From Okamejei kenojei (Eukaryota): DNA of 64,000 nucleotides. A program made the position numbers and the translations under genes. A model generated the notes under the pieces. That model ran no database searches, was not told where the DNA came from, and worked only from the letters and a program-made list of their open reading frames with translations. Shown here piece after piece: positions 38,571 to 52,376 of the stretch. Position 1 is the stretch's first letter. Every line of letters starts with the position of its first letter. The DNA lies in assembly GCA_035221665.1 (NCBI GenBank), contig CM069145.1, forward strand, positions 11,594,001 to 11,658,000, read 5' to 3'.

Positions 38571-40050
38571 TGTTAAAGAAGGAACTGCAGATGCTGGAGA
38601 ATCGAGGGTACACAAAAGGCTGGAGAAACTCAGCGGGTGCAGCAGCATCTAAGGAGCGAAGGAGATAGGCGACGTTTCGGGTCGAGACCCTTCTTCAGAC
38701 TGTTCAGGGATCAGGGAAATGAGAGATATAGACGGTGATGTGGAGAGATAAAGAACAATGAATGAAAGATATGCAAAAAAGTATTGATGATAAAGGGAAC
38801 TAGTCATTGTAAGCTGTTTGTAGTGTGAAAATGAGAAGCTAGTGCGACTGGGGTGGATAGATAGAGAGATAGAGAGAGAGGGAATGCCAGGGCCCGAGGG
38901 CTGAGGGAGAGGTGGGAAGGGGAGGAGACAGCAAGGGTTAACAGAATTGAGAAAATTCAATGTTCAAGCCCAGAGGATGCAGACTCCCCAAGCGGAATAT
39001 GAGGTGCTGTTCCTCCAACTTGCGGTGTTGCTCACTCTGGCCATGGAGGAGGCCCAGGACTGAGAGGCCGGATACGGAATGGGAGGGGGAGTTGAAGTGC
39101 TGAGCCACCGGGAGGTCAGGTTGGTTAATGCAGACCGAGCTGTTCAAGATGTTCAAGACACCTCAGACACTCTCCGCCGGCTCCGTGCATTCCATTCTCC
39201 AGGCCCCCATCCTCTCATCTTCACCATGGACGTCCAGTCACTCTACACCTCCATCCCCCACCAGGATGGTCTCAAAGCCCTCCGGTTCTTCCTCGACCAG
39301 AGGAGCAACCCATACCCGTCCACTGACACCCTCCTCCGCCTAGCGGAGTTGGTCCTTATCCTCAATAACTTATCTTTTGACTCCTCCCATTTCCTCCAAA
39401 CACAAGGCGTAGCTATGGGCACACGCATGGGCCCCAGCTACGCTTGCCTCTTTGTCGGGTACGTCGAACAATCCTTGTTCTCGGCGTACCAGGGCCCCAT
39501 CCCCGACCTCTACCTCCGTTACATTGACGACTGCTTTGGTGTCACCTCCTGCACCCACACACAACTGACTGACTTCATCCATTTCATCTTCCATCCGGCA
39601 CTCAAATACACTTGGACCATTTCCGACATTTCCGTACCATTCCTTGACCTCACCATCTCTATTGCAGGTGATGCACTCCTGACCGACATCCACTACAAAC
39701 CAACTGACTCCCACAGCTACCTGGACTACTCTTCCTCCAACCCTGCTTCCTGTAAGGACTCCATCCCCTATTCCCAATTCCACCGTCTACGCCGCATCTG
39801 CTCCCAGGATGAGGTGTTCCACACCAGGTCATCACAAATGTCCTCATTCTTCAAAGAATGGGGATTCCCCTCCCCCACCATAGATGAGGCTCGCACCAGG
39901 GTCTCCTCCATACCCCGCAACACTGCCCTCTCTCCCCATTCCCCCACTCGCAACAAGGGCAGAGTCCCCCTGGTCCTCACCTTTCACCCCACCAGCTGGC
40001 AAATGCAACACACAGTCCTCCGCCAGTTTCGCCACCTCCAACGTGACCTC
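38571..40050 (+). mobile_element. Penelope-like element with an inverted pLTR at its 5' end and an open RT frame
   Basis: 38571-39145 is an inverted EN end plus pLTR; 39151-40050 encodes TMDVQSLYTSIP, GVAMGTRMGPSYA, YLRYIDD, FLDL, YKPTDSHSYLDYSS. Confidence 0.92.
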
Positions 40051-40090
40051 CAGAGGTTTCCGTTCAGGTTTCCTAAGTGGGACAGGGGCA

Positions 40091-40326
40091 TTACAGCACC
40101 AGAGACCTGGGATCAATGTGTGTGAGTTTTCTCTGTGTGCTGTTGTTTCCTCTACCACACTCCCAAGTGTGTAGCCAATCGTAGGTTAATTGGCTTCAGT
40201 ATAATTGTAAATTGTCCCTAGTGTGTGTAGGATAGTGCGAGTGTGCGGGGATCGCTGGTCGGCGCGGGCTCGGTGGGCTGAAGGGCCTGTTTCCGTGCTG
40301 TATCTCAAAACTAAACTAAACTAAAT
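40091..40326 (+). mobile_element. Partial V-type SINE preceded by an orphan Harbinger right TIR (40072-40090)
   Basis: cctaagtgggacaggggca-TTA-cagcaccagagacc..., then SINE tail. Confidence 0.7.
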
Positions 40327-41283
40327 TCCCCAGCCGCCCCTCATCCCCATGTCCCAAGCTGCTACCATCGGAGCTGAGTTGAGCCGAGCTGAGTTGGGAG
40401 GGTTGAGCAGACTCAAACGCTCATTCACTGAGCCCAAGAGGCCAGTTAGCAGTTGCTCTTTCTTTCCACGCCTGCCTGCTCTCCCGTCATGGCTGTTTCT
40501 GTGGTCCATACCCACACTATATTTTGTTCACTGCTCACAGTCATACAGTTTAGAAACTAGGCCCTTCAGCCCAACTTGACCACACCGGCCAACATGTCCC
40601 AGCGACACCAGTCCCACCTGTCCATATCCTTCCAAACCTGTCCTATCCATGTCGTGAACGGAACCTTAATGTATGGAACTTCTGCTCCTGATGTTAATGC
40701 AAAATTAAAATAAACTGAATGAAAATTGCCTGAATTTGCTTGCGATATTCCGAGTACATTGCATGCATTTTCCTGAGGGGATTTGCTTCTCAGTGACTTC
40801 TATTTAGTTTTACATTTGAACCATGCAAATTTATTCTAATAGAATATACTGTAGAACATAGAAAAAAAATAACAGCATAGGAACAGGCGCTTCAGGCCAC
40901 AAAGTATGTCTGTGCCCAGATAAACTAATTTCATCTGCTTACACAGTGAGCCATAACCATCCATTCCCAACAAATCCATGTACCTATCTAAATGATTTAT
41001 GCAACACCCTCCAAGACCCCCTACAACTATAGTTTGATTTGTTTCTCACTCAGACCTATAAAGTATTTTCTTATATTTTAATCCAATGTAAGGAGAGAAC
41101 TTAAAAGCAGTGATGTCATTTTGCTTCTTAGATGCATTAGGCTGCTTGCTGCTTGGATGCTACCAGCTTTTCCATGTGTGGCACACAAGGCCATTTCTGC
41201 CCCATTGAACCTCTGCAAAGTAATCCGAGCCCCCTCTTCGAATTTTCCCTTTAACTCTTCTTCCCACATTCCCATCAACGGTG

Positions 41284-41470
41284 GGGCAGCATGATGGCGC
41301 AGCGCTAGAGTTGCTGCTTTATAGCGCGAGAGACACAGGTTCAATCCTGACAATGGGTTCTTGTCTGTACGGAGTTTGTACGTTCTCCGAGTGCTCCGGT
41401 TTCCTCCCACACTCCAAAGACGTACAGGTTTTTTGGTTAATTGGCTTGGAATAAATGTAAAACTTTCCCT
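41284..41470 (+). mobile_element. V-type SINE 5' part; a matching 3' part resumes at about 41780-41865
   Basis: tRNA head and V core, interrupted by an inverted SINE. Confidence 0.75.
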
Positions 41471-41473
41471 TAA

Positions 41474-41770
41474 TTTAGTTTAGAGATACAGCGCAGAAAC
41501 AGGCCCTTCAGCCCACCGGGTCCGTGCCGGCCAGCCATCCCCGCACAATAACACTATCCTACAGCCACTTGGGACAATTTTTACCAAGCCAATTAACCTA
41601 CAAACCTGTACGTCTTTGGAGTGTGGGAGGAAACCGAAGATCTCGGGAAAAACCCACGCAGGTCACGGGGAGAACGTACAATCTCCGTACAGACAACACC
41701 CGTAGTCGGGATCGAACCCGGGTCTCCGGCGCTGCAAGGCAGCGACTCCACCGCTGCGCCACCGTGACCA
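41474..41770 (-). mobile_element. V-type SINE, full length
   Basis: Reverse copy with intact A/B boxes. Confidence 0.88.
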
Positions 41771-44700
41771 CCCTGCACCATGTAGTGTTACTGTGCGGGA
41801 ATCACGGGTCAGTACGGACTCGGTGGGCCGAAGGGCCTGTTTCTGCGCTGTATCTTTAAACTAAATGAAACCAAACTACCCAAGATTCTACCACCAACCT
41901 ACACAAGGGCAGCTCACAGTAACCGATAAACCTACAGTACCCTATAACTACCCATCTCTGGGATGCAGGGGTGAACCCAAAACCATATGGGGGGAGAGGA
42001 GGGGGGGAGGGAGGGGAGTGGAGGGGTAACCTACGGAGTCATGGAAAGAATGCACAAACTTCCTACAGACGGCACCAGAGAACGGGGTTGACCCAGGATA
42101 ACTGGGGCTGTGAGACTATAGTTCATCCAGGTGCACTACCGTACAGTATGTTTGTTCAGTCAGTGAATGCCAGGAAGGTTCTTTGGAAATGTCAGTGTAT
42201 GTTGCCACTGGCAAGATTTGAGTAGGTTTTGCATCATTTCAATCAAATGGATCAAAAGAATTCTAAACCATTATAAATATGAAAATAAACATGCGCGCAT
42301 GGAACGCTTTTCAATGAATCAGCCCTTTACAAAACGTGATCTGCAGACAATTCTCTGCAAAACTTGATATAGTCTTGTGGGCCCTGCAAAATAATTGAAG
42401 TATTCCTCTACACCAAAGATTCTCTGCAAATATTGACGTATCACCATAGATTCCCCACACATATATTGAAACATTTCCTTCCACTATCAGCACACTTGCA
42501 CTGAGCCATGTGCCTGCTGATACCCTCCCAGGAATCTCTTATCTTAACATATGTCAAAATACGTCACTCATCCCAAAAGATAATGTTTCCTTCAGGAATA
42601 ACTTGCCAGGAAGTCAACAAATGGAGAAACATTACACAAAGAGACACAAAAAAGCTGGGGTAACTCAGCGGGTCAGACAGCATCTCTGGAGAAAAGGAAT
42701 AGGTGACGTTCCAGGTCGAGACCTTTCTTCAGACTTAGAGTCAGGGAAAGGGAACAATTAAAGTGTTGGCTCAGTCTGCCTGGGCCTACCTGATCTCCCC
42801 ATTTAACAGTGTTATTACAGTGCCGCATAGTCTTGTTTTTAGGGAAGAACTTCAAATGGTGTTGATCTTAAGAAAATTAAAATGAACTAAGTTGCAAATA
42901 TATCATAAGCTTCATGCACTCAGGGGATGAATATTTTATGATCAAATTAATTATTTTGGAAGCATTGGCATTGTTTTCAGTGGAAATGCTATTGCCACCT
43001 TGCACATGATGAAGTTCCGCAACAAGCCATGCGTTACGTTGTGGTGGAGATGGAACTCACACACTTCAAATCCAAACACAGAGGTTTGAAGAAGGGTCTC
43101 GACCCGAAACGTCACCCATTCCTTCCCTCCAGAGATGCTGCCTGTCCTGCTGAGTTACTCCACCAGTTTGTGCCTACCTACGATTTAAACCAGCAAGTGC
43201 AGTTCCTTCCAATGCAATTACTGCTGTTGTTTCATCTCTTACTATCTAAAGATATTTTTGGCGAATGGTCGCGGCATGCGGTTTATCAATTCATGATGCT
43301 GACCTCAACCAGGTTTCACTCACAGCACAGCCAAGAATTAACAAGGGGAACAGAAGACAACGCTGAAAGTACAGCAACTCTACCTTGCAGTCACCAGGAT
43401 AAACTATACAGCGTATACTGTTATCTTAAATGTGGATACAATAATATAAATTATTTTATTTCTGATATGGGAAACAATCTGGAACTCTGTTGTCTTCAAT
43501 TAGAGAACACAAACTGATGACCCCTGAGTCAATGATCTTTGGCGTAGTAACTGATATACTGTAAGCGGCTTACCGTATGGACTGGTCGCGTGGGAACCGA
43601 CCGGAAGTCGGTCGAGGATGCGGCGTTGAGAACAAGGGGGGTCCCAGCGTGAGGGGAGGGGGGGGGAGCACTGAGAATGAAGAGGGACCCGGGTGAGATA
43701 CCAACTACGGGTGTTGTCTGTACAGAGTTTGTACGTTCTCCCCGTGACCGCATGGGTTTTCTCTGAGGTTTCCTCCCACACCCCAAAGATGTACAGGTTT
43801 TTTTTTACTAGTTTACACTTTATTTTGTAACTAATATAGATCATGGCACAGTACTACAACAGGCATGACCGGCATCCAAAACATCTACATAAATTGTTGA
43901 TCTTAGAGGAACATTTATAAGCAGAAATGTCCAGAGTCCATTTGCCAAGGAAGATTCAACATAGTGTGATCAGCACTGCATCATCCACAGCAGTTCATCT
44001 GGACCTCTGCCGCATCTTTCATCTTTTACGCTTCAATCTGCGCATACGCTTCTTCCGCCACTTGGCTCGTATCTTGTCAGGGACCTCAGACGCCCGCCAG
44101 CGAAAAGTATACAGGTTTGTCGATTAATTAGCTTGGTCTAAATGTAAATTGTGCCCAGCGTTTGTAGGATAGTGTTAATGTGTGGGGATCGCTGGGCGGT
44201 GCGAACTCGGTCGGCCAAACGACCTGCTTCTGCGCTGTATCTCTAAAACTAAAATCTAAAAACTAAAGACTAAATGGAATAGTTTGTAACTTTGTTGCCG
44301 CCCTATATGTGGCAACTCTCTGCACACCAGTAGCCAAAACAAAGAAGCTCACTGTGACATTGTCATTCATTCATAAAGGGGAAAAGAAGGGCAGAATGAC
44401 CCATACACCAACGCATTATAAAAATCTTGCTCTCCTGTTCCTTACCATTCTTAATAACAAAATGCGTTTAATTAAAACAAGTTATGTAAATTAAATCCCA
44501 AGGTGCTCCTAGTCAAAAAAATGTGAAGGCTAAATTTATTTTGCACAGCCACAAAGGGAGGAGCAAAGGCTTTGAAACTTGGCAGGGAATTCCTGAATGT
44601 GTATCCCAGGCACCTGCAAACATCAATGGCAATGGTAGCAGGGGCATGATTTCCAATTCGAGGAGCAGTGGATCTGTCAAGAATGGCGAACATTGCAGCC

Positions 44701-45297
44701 AGGAAGAGAAATCAGAAGCCAGGAACCAATGTTGGTCATCAAAGGAAGTGACAATGGGTGAATGGAATGGAGTTTAGGATGGCCTAGTTTACAGTGGGGG
44801 GGGGGGCGGCAGGCTGGCCAGTCGCACATAGGAAGTCAAATGTCTGGAAGAGATAATTAAATGGAAAGAGGTTGAGCAGCAGATGGGCCGTGCTCATTCT
44901 ACAGTGTTGGGAGAGGACCAAAAGGGAAAGAGAGGTGAAGAGTATTTACATTGACAAATACAATGGAAAAATGGCTTCGCTTGACAGATAACATCACCGA
45001 GTTGTGGCAGATAGATGAAGAAATGGAGGGTCCCGGGAGGGTCCTTGGAGGATATCAAGGAAAACAATGAAGGATGCAAAACAATTCAGATAATATTTTG
45101 TACATGGTCTCCTGACTATTGGCAAAGACAATCTACGCAATCAAGTAATGAAGATTACTGGTACTTTTGAGACAGATGTGTAAATATAAAAAAGTAGGGT
45201 AAAACAAAGGGAAATGGGACGGAGTAAAGCAGACAGGAACTCTGCATAATTCTTCACCAGATTTGAGGATATCTCTGATGATATCCAACTTTTAAAT

Positions 45298-45484
45298 GTT
45301 TAAGAAGGAACTGCAGATGCTGGAAAATCAAAGGTGGACAAAAATGCTGGAGATACTCAGCGGGTGAGGCAGCATCCATGGAGCGAAGGAAAAAGGCAAT
45401 GTTTCGGGCCGAAACGTTGCCTATTTCCTTCGCTCCATAGATGCTGCCTCACCCGCTGAGTTTCTTCAGCATTTTTGTCTACCA
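45298..45484. mobile_element. Palindromic Penelope-terminus element
   Basis: Inverted pLTR arms around gtttcgggccgaaac; 13-bp duplication ccaacttttaaat. Confidence 0.75.
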
Positions 45485-45933
45485 CCAACTTTTAAATATC
45501 ATCTTTTAATCTCTAAGACATACAGAATCACACATTTCACTGGAGATATGAGAAACTGCATATGCTGAAACCTATAGAGAAAAAAAACTAAGTGCTGGAG
45601 GAAATCAGTGAGTCAGGCAGCATCTGGAGAAGGGATGGACATTTCAATGCACAGTTATAACACAGTTATAAATAATGCAATTCACCAGTGCCTGGAGTGA
45701 CCACCACAGTATTTTGCTGACTGAAAAAAAACATGTTTAAGACCAGGATAAGAATACCCAGTACCAAACTCATATTTTAATGAGGAGGAGTGATCCGAGG
45801 CCTGCATGGTCTGAAGATTCGGAGAGAACTAGTTTTGGAATTAGTTGGGAAATACTTAGCCCAAAAGCTGAAGCAGCAGCAGCCCCTCTGAGTGTGTGTG
45901 TACTGTATGTGTACCATGCAGTACATGGTGGCC

Positions 45934-46675
45934 AATTAGGAAAAGGGGAGATGCAGCGAGACCTGGGTGTCATGGTACACCAGTCATTGAAAGTAGGCAT
46001 GCAGGTGCAGCAGGCAGTGAAGAAAGCGAATGGTATGTTAGCTTTCATAGCAAAAGGATTTGAGTACAGGAGCAGGGAGGTTCTACTTCAGTTGTATAGG
46101 CTCCTGGTGAGACCACACCTGGAGTATTGCGTACAGTTCTGGTCTCCAAATCTGAGGAAGGACATTATTGCCATAGAGGGAGTGCAGAGAAGGTTCACCA
46201 GACTGATTCCTGGGGTGTCAGGACTGTCTTATGAAGAAAGACTGGATAGACTCGGTTTATACTCTCTAGAATTTAGGAGATTGAGAGGGGATCTTAGAAA
46301 CCTACAAAATTCTTAAGGGGTTGGACAGGCTATATGCATGAAGATTGTTCCCGATGTTGGGGAGGTCCAGGACAAGGGGTCACAGCTTAAGGATAAGGGG
46401 GAATTCCTTTAGGACCGAGATGAGAAGAACTTTTTTCACACAGAGAGTGGTGGGTCTCTGGAACTCTCTGCCACAGAGGGCAGTGGAGGCCAGTTCATTG
46501 GCTATATTTAAGAGGGAGTTAGATGTGGCCCTTGTGGCTAGGGGGAGCAGAGGATTTGGGGAGAAGGCAGGTACGGGATACTGAGTTGGATGATCAGCCA
46601 TGATCAGAGTGAATGGCGGTGCAGGCTCGAAGGGCCGAATGGCCTACTCCTGCACCTAATTTCTATGTTTCTATG
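45934..46675 (+). mobile_element. CR1 LINE 3' fragment
   Basis: RDLGVMVHQSLK..VRPHLEYCVQFWSP..EGVQRRFTR..LRGDL plus UTR and (TTCTATGT)n tail. Confidence 0.93.
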
Positions 46676-48459
46676 TCTCTATGAGAGTGAGAGCTTCACT
46701 CGACAAGAAACAGCTTCCTCTATATCAGATTGTGACTTCAAATAAATATCTGTCATCATCTACAACCACATAACGTGGCAATTTATTTAAAGAATTTCTC
46801 TTAATTTACCCGATAATTTTTTCTCCCAATGCATGCCATCTTTATGACCCATAGTGGTGAGGAATGGGGGAAGACCTGTACCCATTTGTTTCGAGGAAGA
46901 GGATATGCAGGATCAATAAACTGAGTGTGATACAATGGCATCAGTTGGGGAACAACTCTCCCAGTCACGGAGATGGCTCTTCTTTGAATTCTACACTCTT
47001 CCCTAAGATGTTCAGAACTTTTGTTGAAGTAGACAATTCCTGCCTTTCTTCCCATTCCATCTTTTCCACTGTGTATGCAGGTGTGAAAACAAAATATCTG
47101 TCGATGCATCACCATTTCAGTCTGTAATAAGTGGAGAATTATTGATGTTTTTTTGAACGTGAACTTTTTCAAGTTACAATAAGGACATCTTATATACTAT
47201 GAAATTAGCATGCAAAGTACTATATATTACAGACTGTGTAGGAAGGAACTACGGATGCTGATTTAAACTGTAGACATAAAAAGCTGGAGTAGCTCAGTGG
47301 GTAAAACAGCATCTCTGGAGGCAAGGAATAGGTGACGTTTTGAGTTGAGACCAGTCTTGTGTCTATATATTACAAACTAATGTACATGAACATCAAAGTC
47401 ACAATAAGGTGACTAAACGCCACACTGTTACAAAAGTAACTAATAAAAAAGCAGGTTGATTTGTTCATCCATAGCTGTGGTATGCTCTGGTAGTGGGATT
47501 TTGAGATTCTGCTGAAGTGCAATTAAAGGTTAGAATCGAAGAAATTTGTGACACGTCATATTAATATCACACTGCATAGTTGGGTGGCACATCATATGCA
47601 CCGACTCCATGGAACTTTAAACCAAGTCATTTCCTCCTTTGTTCCCTGATTGTTATCACTTGTCAAATTCCCAACACTTTAGACATTTGCTGCTAGAAAT
47701 ACAAACGGCCCCAAAAATGCAAGACCGCTTATTGGGAGAAAAATGTCAACTACAGTAAATGTGCTTGAACACCCTGGAATTGGCCTCTGTATTTTTTTTT
47801 TTTTTTTACAATCTTACATAATTGGATGAAAGAGCAGAGCATTTTCAGCTGCTGTGAAGGATCCTCATTGTTTTTGCATAAAGATGTCATTTCTTTTGAG
47901 AGGAAATGCCTTGCCTTGACAGAAAGAAAGATGCAATTAAATATACTTTTGAATTTGAAGTGAAACCCATTTATAATAATGGGCAGACATTGGAACTCAT
48001 CCAAATGGGTTTCCATGATCATCACCCTGACTACTATTTAAAAAAAGGCTTTTCCTCATTTTGATTTGGACTTTCACCTGCAGTGCAGAGTATATCATCT
48101 GTTTCCTCTCTGATATTGACAACTGTAATGTTCACGCAATGTTCCTCTCGAAGCACTCATGACTGAAATGACAAATTCATTTAAAATAATGGGCCAGATT
48201 TTGTGATGAGCACTGGATAAACTGTGCAACCAATTGTCAGACTTCCACTTATCCAGAGTCTTTGGATGCGCCTTTGCATCTCATTTGCTGCCTGTCTGCA
48301 GCCGTCTAAACAGCGTAATGCCTTCTACAAGCCACGGGGACCACTTGTGAATGGAATGTGCAACTGAGCATCTTCATACGATCAGATTAAATGCTGGCAT
48401 TACCAGAGACACTCAGATCCTTTAAAAAAAAAGATTGTAAAAAAAATGATCAAACAAAA

Positions 48460-49325
48460 GTGAATATAGGCGGGCTGCTTCGTAGGTTTACAGCCGACAC
48501 CAAAGTTGGTGGAGTTGTGGACAGTGAGGGAGCCTGTCAAAGTATGCAGCTTCAGAAATGGGTGGAGAAACACCAGCGTTCATCCAATTAAGTGTGAGGT
48601 GTTGGACTTTGGCAGGGTGAAAGCAAGGGAAAAGAATACAGATAGTGGCAAGACCCCTTAACAGCAATGATGTACAGAGGGATCTTGGTGTCCAAGTCCA
48701 TAGCACCCTGAAATTGGCAACACGAGTAAAGAGTGTGGTGAAGAAGGTGTATGGTACGCTTGCCTTCATCAGTCAGAGTATTGAATACAAGAGTCAGCAA
48801 GTCATGATGCAGCTTTACAGGACTTAGGATTGGCCGCATTTGGAGTATTGTCCACTCGCAGGAAGGATGTGGAGGCTTTTACCAGGATTCTGCCTAGATT
48901 ATAGCATATTAGCTACAAGGAGAAGTTGTACAAACCTGGATTACTTTCTCGGCAGCGTTGGAGGCTGAAGGGAGACATGAAGGGAGTATATAAATTTACA
49001 GGAGGCATAGAAAGGGTAGACACTCAGAAACTTCATTCCCAGGCTTGAAATACCAAAGACCAGAGGGCATACCTTTAAGATGAGAGGGGCAAAGTTTAAA
49101 AGAGATATGCAGGGCAATTTTTTTTTTTTGCACAGGGAATGGTGGGTGCCTGGAATGAGCTGCCAGGGTGGTGGTGAAAGCAGCTATGATCATGACACTT
49201 AAGAGGTTTTAAGAGGGATACAGATTACATGCAGGCAGAGGTGATTTAGTTTAACTTGGCATCATATGTGGCATGGACATTGTGGGCCAAAGGGCCTGTT
49301 CCCGTGCTATACTGTTTTATGTTCT
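48460..49325 (+). mobile_element. Older CR1 LINE 3' fragment
   Basis: FTADTKVGGVVDSE, QRDLGVQVH, GTLAFISQSIEYKS. Confidence 0.85.
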
Positions 49326-49590
49326 AAAAAAAATGAGCAACGCAAAGAATAAACGATCAATGCGAATGGTAAATCAAATATTCGATATTGATCAAATCAG
49401 GTGCAGAAAATGAAATCAAATACAAATATTTAGAAGAGAAATGAAAGGGACAAAAATAAGCATTAAAAGATGTAATTTTAAAAACTACTCCAACAAAACT
49501 TGCAAGTTTAGAGAATCAAACTGCACAGTTCCAAATATAATTTGTAGTGTCAGGAAGTATGCTTGGTATTAATATTGATTTAGCTTGCTG

Positions 49591-49674
49591 CTTAAATGAT
49601 AAATAGATTGGAAAAGACAACCCCCAACTTAATAAAGTTAGGGGTTATCTTTTCCAATCTATATATCATTTAAG
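49591..49674. repeat. Isolated near-perfect inverted repeat (40-bp arms, 4-nt loop)
   Basis: cttaaatgataaatagattggaaaagacaacccccaactt-aata-aagttaggggttatcttttccaatctatatatcatttaag; 3 mismatches. Confidence 0.9.
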
Positions 49675-49776
49675 TTAAGTTTGCAACCAACACCCAAAAT
49701 GCAAAGCTATAAATTGCATTTTGAATAAAAAGCCATTTCCATGCAGCTGACTGAGGAACGCTGCAGGTTTCTTGCT

Positions 49777-50203
49777 GTGTAGGAAGGAACTGCAGATGCT
49801 GGTTTAAATCGAAGATAGATACAAAATGCTGGAGTAGCTCAGCAGGACAGACTGGAGAGAAGGAATGAGTCTGGTCAAGACTCTTCCTCAAACTGACGTC
49901 AGGGGTATGGGCGGTACAGAGGTAAGGAAGTGTATAGGTAAGGAAGTGTAAGGTGTGAAAACAAGACAAAGGGAAAGAAGTCAAGGGAAACGTAGAACAG
50001 ATCATTGTTAGTTGGGAGAAGGTAACAAAAAAGCAGACAGATAAAATGTAGTCGGAGGGCATAAGACTGGACGGAGAACTGGGAAGGGAGAGGGGATGGA
50101 GAGAGAGGGAAAGCAGGGGCTACTTGGTTAGATAAGTCATGTTCATACTGCTAAGGTGTAAGCTGATCAAGTGAGATATGAGGTGCTGTTCCTCCAATTT
50201 ACA
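49777..50203 (-). mobile_element. Penelope EN end plus pLTR
   Basis: CKLEEQHLISHL followed by the pLTR. Confidence 0.8.
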
Positions 50204-50938
50204 TGGTAGAAGTTTTTTGCTGATTGTGTTTGAATGAGCCTGGTTATTGTCAGCCAGCCTCAAATGTACCATTTTAATTACCCTGCACCTTTTTCCCCTT
50301 TGCTGCCTTATCAAAAAGAAGAAGTGACTGAGTCTATGCAACAGGATATTGCTAAAGTTTCAAACCACAGGTTGGCGACTGATATTACATCATAAAGACT
50401 CATCATCTGTGGTCGTGTTACATTCGATTCAGACAAGCTTAATGTTGTATTTCCTGCCTTCTTGATTTAATTTTGTAAGAAATATGTGAGAGAAGTTACT
50501 GCCATGCTATGGGCAAATAAAATAATGCTTCCCCAACTACATGTCTTATTTGGCTGCATATAATCCCTAAAGCACTTACATTCTTGGCTCTTCGCAGCCA
50601 CATTATAGCATGAAGGCACTGCATTCTCATATTATATTGCTAGATTTACCCAACATAAATCAACATTTTACCAGCAAATTGGAGCTAGTCATACATGCAA
50701 CAACTTCAAATATAGAAGCATCAAGTAAGCCCACCGCTCCCAATGCCTATAAATATAACTCATAAGGCTTCAGAAACCCAAGTTTCAGAATTGAGAAATA
50801 TCTTTATTGCAATAGTGTTGTTCTCATTTGGTGTTCATCTCGATGAGGTTTAATCGCTTTCTCTGATTGTAATAAGACTTCATCCAAGATGAGTTTGTTT
50901 TACAGGAACACATTTACAATAAAAGGCATAATATTTGT

Positions 50939-51238
50939 TCAGTTTAGTTTAGAGATACAGTGCGGAAACAGGCCCTTCGGGTCCGCACTGACCAACTTTC
51001 GCCGCACATTAACACTATCCTACACACACTAAGGACAATTTATATTTATAGCAAGCCAATTAACATACAAACCTGTACATCTTTGGAGTGTGGGAGGAAA
51101 CCGAAGATCTCGGAGAAAACCCACGCAGGCCACGGGGAGAACAAACAAACTCTGTACAGACACGCACCCATAGTCAGGATCGAACCCGGGTCTCTGGCGC
51201 TGCAAGGCAGCAACTCTGCCACTGTATCATTGTGCTGC
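50939..51238 (-). mobile_element. V-type SINE (HE1-like)
   Basis: Reverse full-length copy. Confidence 0.85.
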
Positions 51239-51609
51239 CCTGAAACAAAAGGCTTTTTGCTTGAAACAAAAATGCTTTCTCACTTCTTCAGGATGTGTGA
51301 AGTAAACATAAACATTAAACCTATTTCTCCTTCCACACATGTTGCCTGACCAGCTGACTCTTTCCAGCACTTTCTGTTTTTATTTCTAGCATCTTGAGAT
51401 CTTTCAGATTTTTGCCTACTGGTTATGAATGGAGCAAACATTTTGGCAGTGTCTTGGCTATACCTGTTCTTACCATTGGGCAACAGTTCGCTTATCTTGC
51501 TCGGGCTCTTGACAGAATAACTTGGTTTGTTCACTATCAAATGTCACCTTTACATCTCATCATCCAATTCCATATAGTCCATCTACGTCTGACATTGCAT
51601 TGTAAGTAA

Positions 51610-51772
51610 AGGGTCTGTCCCACTTGGCCGTCATTTGCGCGTCACGTAGATCCCAAAATCCTGGGCCGCCGCGTGTGACCGCGCGTCACTGCCTACATCA
51701 CCACGCACGCGAAATGCGCAATATGCGTGCGTCGTGATGCATAAATTATGTCGCATCAGTAGGACAGGCCCT
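51610..51772. mobile_element. PIF/Harbinger-type MITE
   Basis: agggtctgtcccact / agtaggacaggccct; TAA duplication at 51607-51609 and 51773-51775. Confidence 0.85.
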
Positions 51773-52376
51773 TAACTTTGCCATTCTCCAAATGGAATTG
51801 ACTTCAGCTCATTCTAAACTCGACATCCCATGTATATTCCATGTGCCAAATTCTGCTTGCCTACCATCCGTATCCTCACTGCCTTCCACTCCCCAACACC
51901 TAAAAATAAATGTTGTTCTTCATACATTTTAACTGTCACTTACCATTCCCTCCTTTTCACTGCAGGTTTCCCCAGCACTGGAGCCGCTCCCATCCAACCT
52001 CTCATTTTCTCTCAGACCAGTTTCTTGTGCCACCACCTTTGCCTTAACCCATGTATAATAGCCATGACATTGGGAATATGGGGCCAACCCTCTGGAATTG
52101 CTTTCCAAAAGTTCTTCATTGTCCTTTTGTTAGAATTCTTATGAAAATCAATGAATGTGGCTAAGCTTCTGGTCATTTTCCTTGCACTGTTTATTTTCAC
52201 CTCTACAATTCTTTTTTTTTCCTTTCACTTCCATGAAGTTTGATCTCAAAAGAGTTATATCAAGGAATATCCACAGTGACGTCTGATCCCCAGCGCAGCA
52301 ATATTTGTTATCCTGCATACGTTATCCACCAGATTCCGGGCTTTGTTTCTTATACCTGCCCATTATTCCATTGGCA

